Below are positions 1-9,157 of a stretch of DNA of 64,000 nucleotides, one piece after another. The first letter of the stretch is position 1. Every line of letters begins with the position of its first letter. Source of the stretch: Candidatus Roizmanbacteria bacterium (lineage in GTDB: Bacteria > Patescibacteriota > Microgenomatia > UBA1406 > GWC2-37-13); assembly GCA_016214055.1 (NCBI GenBank), contig JACRPE010000011.1, positions 793 through 64,792 of the forward strand. Direction: 5' to 3'. The position numbers were made by a program, and so were the translations under genes. Below the pieces are notes generated by a model that saw nothing but the letters and a program-made list of their open reading frames with translations, was not told the DNA's origin and searched no databases.

Positions 1-1285
1 ACTTATTGGGGACACGTTCAAGGGTGGATATCTTCTCCTCAATAGTTTTCTTCTGCCCCATAAGCTGGTTCTTCTTGGTAAGGTAATCTTCACGGCTCAC
101 TACATTGTCAAGGTAGGAGTCTAGGAGGTTATTCAACTTATCCTTCCTATTGAGGAGATCTACTTTAAACCCTTGAACGTGTTCCCCCGTATCTGACCTT
201 TGAATGTGCTCATCCTTTGCCATTCTTTTGATGAGCCATTCATGGTCGGATGCGGACAAAGAAACTTTTTGGATATGGTGGTTTAACTGTGCAGTTAAAA
301 TCTCTTGACGGATGAACGGTTGGGAACAGGAGGCAAACCTCCTTTTCTTGGTACAGCGGTAGTAGATAAAGTCTTGACTATGGCCGACTGTTTCATAGCG
401 CCTAAAGTGGTGCTCAGCCGTTATCATCATCCCGCATTCCCCACAGCGTAAAAGGCCGGTAAAGGGAAAGTCAAGAGATTTTAAGGGGAAAACATGAGTC
501 CTTCTTTTGATAACCGCCTGTACCTCATCATATAGTTTCTTTGTGATAAGTGGCTCGTGGATTCCTTGATATATCTCCTTGTTAAAGCGAAAATACCCGA
601 AGTAGAAGGGGTTTGAGAGAATAAAGGTAACTCGACTGTTATGAATATATTTACCACCGCGGGAAACAATACCTTTACTTTTCAACATATTACTCAGACT
701 CTCAAAGGTCGAGTTACCTTTTGCATAAGTTTCAAATAATTCCTTCACAATAGGGGCGACTTTGGGATCCAGAAGAATCTTTTTGTTTAATCTATCATTT
801 ACATATCCCAAAGGAGCCTGACCAGGACACTCCCCCTTCCTTACCTTTTGTCTCAAACCCCTTTTGGTATTTTCGCTCAAGGAATCCACATAGTATTTGC
901 TTTGCCCAAAGGCAATTGACAACATGAAAAGTCCCTGAGGGGTGTTTTCAAACCAGAAAGTCGGAAACTTGAGGTCAACCAGGATATTGCGGTCAAGAAG
1001 ATACACAATACGACCGGCATCAACTGCGTTACGGGCAAGCCTATCCGGGTGCCAGGCCAAAATACCTTGAGCTTCGCCCTTCTCAACTTTACCCATCATC
1101 TGGTTAAAGATATCACGACCTGGAACCTTGGCAGTTTTGGACTCGATAAAGATGTCAGCTATATTTAACCCTTCCTTTTGGGCAAAGGTGCGAAGCTCAT
1201 CTATTTGGGCCGGGATGGAGAGAAGCTGGCGCTCCTCATCATCGGTCGACTTTCTGGCATAGAGAAAATAGGAGGGACTTTTCAT
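1..1285 (-). CDS. Large serine recombinase (resolvase N-domain + recombinase domain + Cys-rich ribbon); C-terminus runs off the left edge of the window
   Basis: Absent from the ORF track because it is open to the edge. My reverse-strand translation from the ATG (complement of 1283-1285) reads MKSPSYFLYARKSTDDEERQLLSIPAQIDELRTFAQKEGL..ILAWHPDRLARN..GLRQKVRKGECPGQAPLGY..LRCGECGMMITAEHH..YYRCTKKRRFASC with no stop to position 1. The YxRxS catalytic-serine motif, the DRLxR motif and the Cys ribbon are typical of large serine recombinases. Confidence 0.85.
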   Translation of the reverse strand, partial: MKSPSYFLYARKSTDDEERQLLSIPAQIDELRTFAQKEGLNIADIFIESKTAKVPGRDIFNQMMGKVEKGEAQGILAWHPDRLARNAVDAGRIVYLLDRNILVDLKFPTFWFENTPQGLFMLSIAFGQSKYYVDSLSENTKRGLRQKVRKGECPGQAPLGYVNDRLNKKILLDPKVAPIVKELFETYAKGNSTFESLSNMLKSKGIVSRGGKYIHNSRVTFILSNPFYFGYFRFNKEIYQGIHEPLITKKLYDEVQAVIKRRTHVFPLKSLDFPFTGLLRCGECGMMITAEHHFRRYETVGHSQDFIYYRCTKKRRFASCSQPFIRQEILTAQLNHHIQKVSLSASDHEWLIKRMAKDEHIQRSDTGEHVQGFKVDLLNRKDKLNNLLDSYLDNVVSREDYLTKKNQLMGQKKTIEEKISTLERVPNK

Positions 1286-1814
1286 GTGAGCATATTAAAA
1301 AAATGTCTATTTATACAAAATAATACTACTCCTCCAACTACGATTTTCAATACCAAAACTGAATTGGTTATTGGAGTAGTACGTACTAAGTACAGATGGG
1401 ATAACGGAGGAGTCATAATCTGACATTTTTTTAATGGAAATACGGAGTATTTCATTGCCTTTGGGCAAAGACTCCCCCTTTGGGGGGAGAAAAGGATAAA
1501 ATCGCGTTATTTTACTTAAAATAGAGGTAATTATGAAGCTCTAAAAGGGGGGACAATGAAAATCTTTTGAAAAAAAACCCTAAAGATGAGGTTTGAGAAT
1601 AGTTGATTGTGACCTTCCGGAGCAATGGGCGGCACTTCGTGCCGCCCCGACAACTCGCAATCGGGAGCGATTATACCAAATCGTTCGAACCTATTTTGTC
1701 AAAAACATTTAATATCACAATTATACCTATGTTTTTGACCGATTGCGACAATTCGCTTTGATTTTTGCGACATGGCGAACTTCAGATGACGGGAACTGAA
1801 GACATTTCCTGTTT

Positions 1815-1860
1815 GGGGGGCGGGGGCATTTGGGGGCGGGGGCATTGGGGGCGGCATTTT
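1815..1860 (+). repeat. G-rich tandem repeat, about 3 units of GGGGGCGGGGGCATT(T)
   Basis: Read directly: ggggggcgggggcattt gggggcgggggcatt gggggcggcatttt. The last 13 nt (gggggcggcattt, 1847-1859) recur as an exact reverse complement inside 11769-11791. Confidence 0.8.
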
Positions 1861-1886
1861 CTCTTGATAATTAACTACTACTCGTT

Positions 1887-2936
1887 TTATCTTTTATGAT
1901 TTATACCATTCTGTCTCAAAAAAGTAGGAATATTAAGATCAGTTAATTGGTTTGAATAGGTTTTATCTTTTAATGAATCTATACTATCCATATCGGTCGC
2001 AATTACCGTGACTTTTATTTTTCCTTTCATTTCTTCATCAATCGTAAGACCAAACTTAATATTGGCATTCTTATTGGCAGATTGTGTAATAATGCTGGCA
2101 ATCTCATTTGTTTCTGCCATTCCTAAGTTTTTGTCACTGGTGACATTAAATATGATGTTTCTTGCTCCAGTGATTGAATTGTTAGTTAGAGGGAAGGAAA
2201 ATGCCTGTTCTATAGCTTGTTTTGATCTCTCTTCTATAGTCCCGCTCCCAACTCCTTCCCCAATGAAACCGAAAGATTTATTATCCATCATTGATTTAAG
2301 ATCCGCTAAATCTATGTTTATATGCTCGGCTACTTGGATGATCTCGGCAATAATATTAATACTTTGGTGAAGAGCTATTTTAATTTGTCCAAAAGCTTTA
2401 GTTACAAGCGTTCCTTTTTTGATATTCTCGAATATTCTTTGTTTATTTACTACAATCGTTGTTCCAGCGCTTTGTTTAATAAGCTTTAATCCTTTTTCAG
2501 CTGCAAGCATTCTTTTCTTACCTTCAAGTTTAAAAGGCATTGTTACAACGGCAATAACTAAAGCACCACATTCACGTGCAATATCAGCTACGACAGGAGT
2601 AATACCCATACTAAATCCTTTCCCCACATTACAAGTAATGAAGAGAATATCAGTATCAATCAAGTTTTTTTTAATTACCTCTTTATTATCTAGAGCGATT
2701 TCTCTCCATTTTTGAGAGCTATCTTCTGTTGTTGTGCTATTATCAATTTTATCTGCCAAATCAATACTAGTTATATTGACATTATGCTCTAAACTGTTCT
2801 TTTTGGGAGCAATAGTTGGGAAGTTAATATCACTAAACTTGTTTGACAACGCCATTTCCTGCACGGTTTGTTGACCAAAACCTCCAATGCCAATCACTGT
2901 AATTGTTGGTATTTTATTACCTAGTTTAACTAACAT
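1887..2936 (-). CDS. FtsZ/tubulin-family paralogue with a degenerate GTP-binding signature
   Basis: Collinear with the FtsZ core as I recall the E. coli sequence. TDILFITCNVGKGFSMGITPVVADIARECGALVIAVVTMPFKLEGKKRM aligns with [49 protein letters not shown]. The T7-like NIDLAD and the C-terminal LNIPTFLRQ (compare DIPAFLRKQ) are kept, but GGGTGTG has become GKGFSMG and GGGGGN has become GGFGQQ. Confidence 0.8.
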   Translation of the reverse strand: MLVKLGNKIPTITVIGIGGFGQQTVQEMALSNKFSDINFPTIAPKKNSLEHNVNITSIDLADKIDNSTTTEDSSQKWREIALDNKEVIKKNLIDTDILFITCNVGKGFSMGITPVVADIARECGALVIAVVTMPFKLEGKKRMLAAEKGLKLIKQSAGTTIVVNKQRIFENIKKGTLVTKAFGQIKIALHQSINIIAEIIQVAEHINIDLADLKSMMDNKSFGFIGEGVGSGTIEERSKQAIEQAFSFPLTNNSITGARNIIFNVTSDKNLGMAETNEIASIITQSANKNANIKFGLTIDEEMKGKIKVTVIATDMDSIDSLKDKTYSNQLTDLNIPTFLRQNGINHKR

Positions 2937-2964
2937 ATTTTTTCTTGCTGTACGAATAGGTTAT

Positions 2965-3357
2965 TTATATCATTTCCTCAACAACTTTTACTACTTTTTT
3001 AGCAAATTCATCATAATTACGGATATCTTTTTGTACAATTTTGGTAACTCCTCTTTTTTGAGCAGCTTCATTATGTTGGGGAACCGCAGAAATACTAATG
3101 ACCTTATCAGAGCCAAACCTTTCAAAATTAAGGTTGTGAAATGAATCGTTTAACTTACAATCCCTATCAAGAATGATAATGTCAAAGTTGGCTTTAGGAT
3201 TATTGTTTATATAATCTTCAACTTGGGTATAATCGGTCAAAATAACTAAGGATAGCGCATATGGTTGTTCTTGTTCAAGAAGCTCAAAATTAGCTAATAA
3301 TTTGGATAAAACAAGGAGGTTATCTTCGAGAATGAGGATTCTTTTTAGGAGGATCAT
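2965..3357 (-). CDS. Stand-alone CheY-like receiver domain protein
   Basis: 130 aa. ILILEDN (acidic pair), DIIILDRD (phospho-acceptor Asp position), VISISAV (Ser/Thr position) and IVQKD (Lys position) occur in receiver order. It lies 28 nt upstream of the FtsZ-like gene on the same strand. Confidence 0.65.
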   Translation of the reverse strand: MILLKRILILEDNLLVLSKLLANFELLEQEQPYALSLVILTDYTQVEDYINNNPKANFDIIILDRDCKLNDSFHNLNFERFGSDKVISISAVPQHNEAAQKRGVTKIVQKDIRNYDEFAKKVVKVVEEMI

Positions 3358-3502
3358 GTAAATATGATAGCAATTTGTAGGGATGAAAAAGTGATAAAAT
3401 GTATTTATGCCACTTTTTAGATTACAGAATAAGTCAATTCAAACAATAAAAGAGTCTTCATTTGATTTGAAAGAAGAGTTTCAAAATTTATATAAATAAA
3501 GT

Positions 3503-5272
3503 ATGGCGCTAACAAAAAAATATAACAACTACTCAAGAGAGGAATTAATAAACGAGTTAGAAAGTTTAAAAAGGAAGAAATATGGACTTGTGTGGGATAA
3601 AAAAAACTCACAAGAAAATCTTGATGTCTTTGTGAATTGGGAAAATATGCCTGAAAAATTTGTCCCAAAGCAATTTCCTGTTTTGAAAGAAATAACAGAT
3701 AAGGAAATTAAAACAGAATCAGACAAACCAACCAATATCTTGATAGAGGGGGATAATTATCATTCTCTCGCTGTTTTGAATTTTACCCACCAAAAGAAAA
3801 TTGATGTTATCTATATTGATCCACCTTATAATACCGGAAACCAAGATTTTATTTATAACGATAAATTTATTGATAAGGAAGATCCGTTTAGACACTCAAA
3901 ATGGCTTTCTTTTATGGAAAAACGGTTGAGATTGTCTTTTAAACTTTTAAAAAATACCGGAGTTATTTTTATTTCAATCGATGATAATGAACAAGCGCAA
4001 CTAAAACTTTTATGTGATGAAATTTTTGGAGAGGATAATTTCATTGCAAATATTTCCAGACGAACAAAATCAGCTGGTAAAACTACTGAAACAATCGCAT
4101 CAAATCATGACTATGTTGTAATTTATTCTAAAGATAGGCAAAAAGTTAAATTTAGCTCTATTTTTATTGATGACAGCGCTTACAAGCATAAAGATGAATA
4201 TTATTCTGAGAGAGGGCCATACGCATTATCACAAACCTTAGATTATGACAGTTTGTCTTACAGCGATTCACTAGATTATGAACTAAAGCTCAATAATCAG
4301 CTTCATTACCCTGGCGGAGACAAAAAAGTTTTTTTAGAAAGAAAAGGCGGAAAACATAGAGCATCAGATTGGACGTGGCGATGGGGAAAAGAACTTGTTG
4401 AATTTGGCAACAAACAGGGTTTTGTTGTTGTAAAAAAAGGAAAGAACGGCAAACCAAGAATATATACAAAGACATATTTCAAGGTTGTTATTGAAAAGGT
4501 TAATGGAAAATACACGATTGTCCCAATAGTCAGAACTAAAAACTTATCTACATTAGATTTAATGGAGTCTTCATATTCAAATGATGTTTCAAAAAAAGAT
4601 ATTCGATCAATTTTTGGTAATTATGCTGAATTTGCTTATCCAAAACCATTGTCATTGTTGAAGTACTTAATAAATACTATACCTAATCAAAATAATTCAA
4701 TTATTTTAGACTTTTTTACTGGCTCTGGTACAACAGGACAAGCAGTTTTGGAGCTTAACAAAGAAGATAAAGGAAATCGTAAATTTATCCTCTGCACGAA
4801 TAACGAAAATAACATTTGCACCGATGTTTGTTATCCTCGCATTGAAAAAGTAATAAATGGCTACAAAAATTCAAAAGGTGAAAAAGTTGCCGGCCTGGGT
4901 GGGAGTTTAAAATATTTCAAAACAGATTTTGTTGGTTCTGATTCAACCGATAAAAACAAACGGGGTTTGGTGAATAAGTCGGCTGAAATGATTTGTATTA
5001 AAGAAGATATTTTTGATTTAGTGGTTGACAATGGGCAAGATTTCAAAATCTTTCAAAAGGGTAAAAAGTTTTTGGGCGTAATTTACAACCTTGACGCTAT
5101 AACAGATTTCAAAAAAGAAGCAGAAAAATTCAAAGGTAATTTTGTGATTTATTGTTTCTCCTACACAGAAACAACTCCTGAAAAAGAATTTAAGGGCCTC
5201 AAAAATAAATATATATTGAAGCCGATTCCTGCGGTTATTTTACGCATTTATTTGGAAATTTTCAAAAAATAG
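3503..5272 (+). CDS. mod: Type III R-M DNA methyltransferase (Mod, beta-class N6/N4 MTase)
   Basis: IDVIYIDPPYNTGNQDF (motif IV) comes before FFTGSGTTGQAV (motif I), which is the beta-class order. The next gene, Res, starts 3 nt downstream. Confidence 0.85.
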   Translation: MALTKKYNNYSREELINELESLKRKKYGLVWDKKNSQENLDVFVNWENMPEKFVPKQFPVLKEITDKEIKTESDKPTNILIEGDNYHSLAVLNFTHQKKIDVIYIDPPYNTGNQDFIYNDKFIDKEDPFRHSKWLSFMEKRLRLSFKLLKNTGVIFISIDDNEQAQLKLLCDEIFGEDNFIANISRRTKSAGKTTETIASNHDYVVIYSKDRQKVKFSSIFIDDSAYKHKDEYYSERGPYALSQTLDYDSLSYSDSLDYELKLNNQLHYPGGDKKVFLERKGGKHRASDWTWRWGKELVEFGNKQGFVVVKKGKNGKPRIYTKTYFKVVIEKVNGKYTIVPIVRTKNLSTLDLMESSYSNDVSKKDIRSIFGNYAEFAYPKPLSLLKYLINTIPNQNNSIILDFFTGSGTTGQAVLELNKEDKGNRKFILCTNNENNICTDVCYPRIEKVINGYKNSKGEKVAGLGGSLKYFKTDFVGSDSTDKNKRGLVNKSAEMICIKEDIFDLVVDNGQDFKIFQKGKKFLGVIYNLDAITDFKKEAEKFKGNFVIYCFSYTETTPEKEFKGLKNKYILKPIPAVILRIYLEIFKK

Positions 5273-5274
5273 CT

Positions 5275-7527
5275 ATGTTGATGAATTTGCAATTAAAACA
5301 GTACCAAGACGAAAAAGTCGAGGAGTTAAAAAATAAAATTAATGAGCTTCTAGAATTGGACGGAAGTAAACTTTGTATTTTTGAAGCACCGACCGGCTCT
5401 GGAAAAACAATTATGGTTGGTGAGTTTTTAAAACGACTTGTCAATCCTCTCGACCGTGAGGACGAAAAACAATTTTCTGTTATTTGGATTTCTGTTCGAG
5501 ATTTACATAACCAAAGTAAAAAATCTTTAGAAAAGAATTTTGAAAATGTTTTTTGTTATTCACATTTTGAGGATTTACAGAATAATATTATTGGTAAAAA
5601 TGAAATTTTATTTTTAAACTGGGAAAAGATTTATAATCAGGATCGAATTTATATCCGTGATAACGAAAAAGGTAAAAATCTTTCTCATATTATTGAAAAC
5701 ACCAAGCAAACAGGACGAGAAATTATATTAATCGTTGATGAAAGTCATCATACAAATTTAGGCCCAAATGCCACAAAAGTGCGGGCAGATATTTCTGCTA
5801 AGATTACTCTAGAGGTTTCTGCAACACCCATATTCCATGACCCTGACGGCCATATAAAAGTACATTTTGAGAAAGTTGTTGCAGAAGGAATGATAAAAAA
5901 AGAAGTTGCTATCAATCCTGAATTTGAAAAATTAAAAGTAGACGGAAAAAGTAGTCGCGAAATGGTAATTGAAGCGACAATTGAAAAGCAAAAAAAACTC
6001 CTAAAGTACTACAAGGACGAAGGAAGTGATGTAAACCCACTTGTACTAATCCAATTACCCAATTTACAGAAAGGTATTAATGATTTAGACAAAGATGTTT
6101 TAACTGATGTTCAAAAAATACTCAAAAGAAAATATGATATTACCGAAGATAATGAACGCCTCGCAATCTGGCTTGCGGACAATAAAACACCCAACTTGGT
6201 AAATATTGAAAAATCTACAAATGATGTTGAAGTCCTCATTTTTAAACAAGCAATTGCACTTGGTTGGGATTGCCCCCGTGCCCAAATTTTGGTAATTTTT
6301 AGAGAAACCGAAAGTAAAGTTTTTTTACTACAAACAGTTGGACGAATTATGAGAATGCCCGAATATCATCATTATCAAGGCCACCCTGAATTGAATAAGG
6401 CTTATGTTTTTACAAATATTGGAGTAAATGAAATAAAACTCGGTGATGAAATTGCAAAAGAATACTTTACTATTCAAGAGGCAAAAAGAAATGACAAAGT
6501 TTATAAAGATTTAAGTTTGCCGTCAATTCATTTTATACGTCAACGCGAAAAAACAAGACTGTCAGGTGAATTTTCAAAAATCTTTATGGATATTGCAGAG
6601 AAGTTAAATTTAAAAAATAAATTGAATATAAAGAAAAATGAAATCTCTAAGGAAATAATTGTTAACGGTAAGATAATCAACATTGATAAAGCACGAACAA
6701 TTGAGCATTCAATAATGAATTATCACTCGCCTGATGTAGAAATACAGATGTATTATGATTTATTTTGCAAAGCCAGCACGGGCGAGTTTGCACCATTTGA
6801 TTCAATGGATCGTATAAAAAGTGCTCTTAACAAATTCTTTACGAGGGTAATGGGATTTGAAAATGACGACCCCGCTTTTTATAAAGTTATTCTAAACCCA
6901 GATAATATTGGGAAAGTTAACGAAGCTTTGACAACGGCAAGGGAAGAATATAAAAGAACTGTTGTAGCACAAGATGAAGAAAGAGAAATGGAAAGTTTAG
7001 TTTGGAATCTACCTAAAATTATTAGCTACAACAGTAATTATAAAGCGAGAAGTTGTAAAAAATCAATAATGGTTCCCTATTATTCAAGATATACGAACAA
7101 TAATCAGACTACTTTATTTGGTGGTTATGGGGAGGACAGTAAAGTTGAAACTGATTTTATAAATTATCTTGATAATGCTAATAAGGTTGAATGGTGGTTT
7201 AAGAATGGGAGAGGTGAGGCTAATTATTTTGCCGTTCCATATGTTGATAAATATGGAAAGAGCTCGGCTTTTTATGTTGATTTTGTTGTGTATTTAAAGA
7301 ATGGCGAAGTTTGGCTTTTGGATACTAAGAAAGGCCAAACCGCTGAAAGTGCTAAAGAACGAGCAGAAGGATTGGCAAAATATATCAAAGATCAGAAAAA
7401 GAAAGGCAAAAAACTTTTTGGGGGAATCGTGATACCTGTTGACGGCCGGTGGAGATATAATGATGATGAAAAGTATGAATATAATTCAAATGAGTTGAAG
7501 GATTGGAAATTTTTGGATTTGAATTGA
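5275..7527 (+). CDS. res: Type III restriction endonuclease subunit (Res; helicase + C-terminal PD-(D/E)xK)
   Basis: FEAPTGSGKT (helicase motif I), IVDESHH (motif II) and a C-terminal FYVDFVVYLKNGEVWLLDTKKG nuclease-like motif. Coupled to mod. Confidence 0.8.
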   Translation: MLMNLQLKQYQDEKVEELKNKINELLELDGSKLCIFEAPTGSGKTIMVGEFLKRLVNPLDREDEKQFSVIWISVRDLHNQSKKSLEKNFENVFCYSHFEDLQNNIIGKNEILFLNWEKIYNQDRIYIRDNEKGKNLSHIIENTKQTGREIILIVDESHHTNLGPNATKVRADISAKITLEVSATPIFHDPDGHIKVHFEKVVAEGMIKKEVAINPEFEKLKVDGKSSREMVIEATIEKQKKLLKYYKDEGSDVNPLVLIQLPNLQKGINDLDKDVLTDVQKILKRKYDITEDNERLAIWLADNKTPNLVNIEKSTNDVEVLIFKQAIALGWDCPRAQILVIFRETESKVFLLQTVGRIMRMPEYHHYQGHPELNKAYVFTNIGVNEIKLGDEIAKEYFTIQEAKRNDKVYKDLSLPSIHFIRQREKTRLSGEFSKIFMDIAEKLNLKNKLNIKKNEISKEIIVNGKIINIDKARTIEHSIMNYHSPDVEIQMYYDLFCKASTGEFAPFDSMDRIKSALNKFFTRVMGFENDDPAFYKVILNPDNIGKVNEALTTAREEYKRTVVAQDEEREMESLVWNLPKIISYNSNYKARSCKKSIMVPYYSRYTNNNQTTLFGGYGEDSKVETDFINYLDNANKVEWWFKNGRGEANYFAVPYVDKYGKSSAFYVDFVVYLKNGEVWLLDTKKGQTAESAKERAEGLAKYIKDQKKKGKKLFGGIVIPVDGRWRYNDDEKYEYNSNELKDWKFLDLN

Positions 7528-7550
7528 TATTTTAATTTCGCCAAAAGCGT

Positions 7551-8144
7551 TCAAGAATTAGATTTTACGATTTCTTCTTTTTGTAATCTTCGGAGCATTA
7601 GGCCAGTAGATACATGAAATACTTCTGATAGATCCTCTAAAAGTAGAAGAATGGATTCTAAAGATGCTTGATTGGGAATATTTCCGACCAGACGTTTTAT
7701 TTCTGAAAAAAGTAATTTTTTTGGTACTAAAACTTGATTGGCAAAACTGTAGGCTTGATATTCTAGCCAACCATATTCATCTTCATCTACGTTGTTTAGA
7801 AAATCACCTAATTTAACAGTTGAACTTATTTGTAATTTACTTAATATTTTACCATGCAAAATTAGATGACCTATTTCGTGGGCAATAGAACACCTTGCCC
7901 TATTTTCAAACTTGTTGTAAATATCAAAATCAATAAAAATAGTTGACAAATCAGAAGTTAAGAAACTTTCTACGTCAAAATCCTTTTTTAAGTTAAATTC
8001 TTCATAAATTTTTAAATTGAGTTTTGATTCTGCAATTTGTTCTATAGGAATAGGTAATTTTAATTGAGGATAATTTAAGGTTAGGAATTGATCGGCTATA
8101 TTACCGATCTGTTGATATGTAAGACGTGGCAGATTAAGTTTCAT
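7551..8144 (-). CDS. ImmA/IrrE-family Zn metallopeptidase
   Basis: HEIGHLILH (HExxH) sits in a 197-aa protein. Its start overlaps the stop of the upstream XRE gene by 1 nt (TGATG). Confidence 0.8.
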   Translation of the reverse strand: MKLNLPRLTYQQIGNIADQFLTLNYPQLKLPIPIEQIAESKLNLKIYEEFNLKKDFDVESFLTSDLSTIFIDFDIYNKFENRARCSIAHEIGHLILHGKILSKLQISSTVKLGDFLNNVDEDEYGWLEYQAYSFANQVLVPKKLLFSEIKRLVGNIPNQASLESILLLLEDLSEVFHVSTGLMLRRLQKEEIVKSNS

Positions 8145-8533
8145 CAGCTATTTATCAGTTTAATTAAATCTTGAAGTTTCTTTTTCGTTAGCTTTTTACC
8201 ACGGGCAGTACGAAATACTAAAGGTAAATATTTCATCGCTTCTTCGTGATTTAAAATGTCCGATGGAATTCTCCCTTTTGCTGTATTAGCCAGATCGAAA
8301 AAAGTTACCCAGTCAGATGAGCCTCTTGTTATTTTTAGTGCTGTCGCATAACCGGATAATTTTTCTTCATCTAAGGTTGGAGGTAAAATATTTCGCTCTA
8401 ACCGACTAACATTACCAGGGTCGAGCTGGTATTGTTTACAAAACGATCTTAAAGTAAACCCCAAGGCAATTCTTTTTTGTCGAAAAAACTCTCCAAATGC
8501 AATTAATTGTGATTCCCCTTGATTTTTTTTCAT
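8144..8533 (-). CDS. XRE-family helix-turn-helix regulator (ImmR-like partner of ImmA)
   Basis: FGEFFRQKRIALGFTLRSFCKQYQLDPGNVSRLERN is HTH_3-like. Translationally coupled to the ImmA-like gene. Confidence 0.7.
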   Translation of the reverse strand: MKKNQGESQLIAFGEFFRQKRIALGFTLRSFCKQYQLDPGNVSRLERNILPPTLDEEKLSGYATALKITRGSSDWVTFFDLANTAKGRIPSDILNHEEAMKYLPLVFRTARGKKLTKKKLQDLIKLINS

Positions 8534-8622
8534 AGTGTTGTATATTTATTACAACACTTGGCAATTAATTTGTCAAGAGGTATTTACAAATTCAGAAATT
8601 ACAGGAAGAAGGTGAGTGATAT

Positions 8623-8853
8623 ATGGCTAATTATAGCGTTGTTAAAAATCCAGATGGGGGTTGGGATTCAAAACGGGACAAAGCTTCTCGAATAAGTTCA
8701 CATAGCGATACCCAAAAAGAGGCCGAGGCATATGCAAAAAAATTTTCAGCAAATTCTGGGGGCGGAGAAGTACGGATTCACGGGCTTGACGGTAAAATTC
8801 GAGACAGTGATACAGTTCCACCCGGAAATGATCCTTTTCCACCGAGAGGATAA
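8623..8853 (+). CDS. DUF2188-like small protein
   Basis: 76 aa: VVKNPDGGWDSKRDKASRISSHSDTQKEAEAYAKKFSANSGGGEVRIHGLDGKIRDS matches my memory of the DUF2188 pattern. A GAAGGTGAG SD-like sequence lies upstream. Confidence 0.55.
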   Translation: MANYSVVKNPDGGWDSKRDKASRISSHSDTQKEAEAYAKKFSANSGGGEVRIHGLDGKIRDSDTVPPGNDPFPPRG

Positions 8854-8897
8854 AAAAATGAATTGTAATAAAAGTTTCAAATTCTAATATTAAGGAT

Positions 8898-9155
8898 ATG
8901 GAAATTTTAAAAAATTGGGCGAATCAAAATCAGGGCTTTTTGGCTATTATTTTGTTTTTGCTTTCTTTATTTATTGCCTGGATTTCTGGATTTTTCAAAT
9001 GGCTCTTTGGAAAATTTGATAAGAAAACTCCCTATATAAGTGCGGGTCGAGATATTAAAGCGGGAGGCAATATCTCTGTTGGCAATAAAACATTTATTCA
9101 AAAGAGTGGCAAAAATAGCACAAATGTTCAAGGTGAAAATATTATGTTTAAATAA
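8898..9155 (+). CDS. Small membrane-anchored protein (one N-terminal TM helix)
   Basis: FLAIILFLLSLFIAWISGFF hydrophobic helix. The C-terminal AGGNISVGNKTFIQKSGKNSTNVQGENI motif is repeated at the N-terminus of the next ORF. Confidence 0.4.
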   Translation: MEILKNWANQNQGFLAIILFLLSLFIAWISGFFKWLFGKFDKKTPYISAGRDIKAGGNISVGNKTFIQKSGKNSTNVQGENIMFK

Positions 9156-9157
9156 AT

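Noticed and set aside
481-1423. Track ORFs 481-669 (-), 877-1086 (-) and 1178-1423 (+)
   Set aside because: They lie inside or antisense to the long open frame of the serine recombinase, which continues uninterrupted from 1285 to the window edge.
2008-3144. Plus-strand ORFs 2008-2370, 2419-2715 and 2887-3144
   Set aside because: They are antisense to the FtsZ-like and receiver genes. Their translations are hydrophobic low-complexity strings, as expected from the reverse frames of AT-rich coding sequence.
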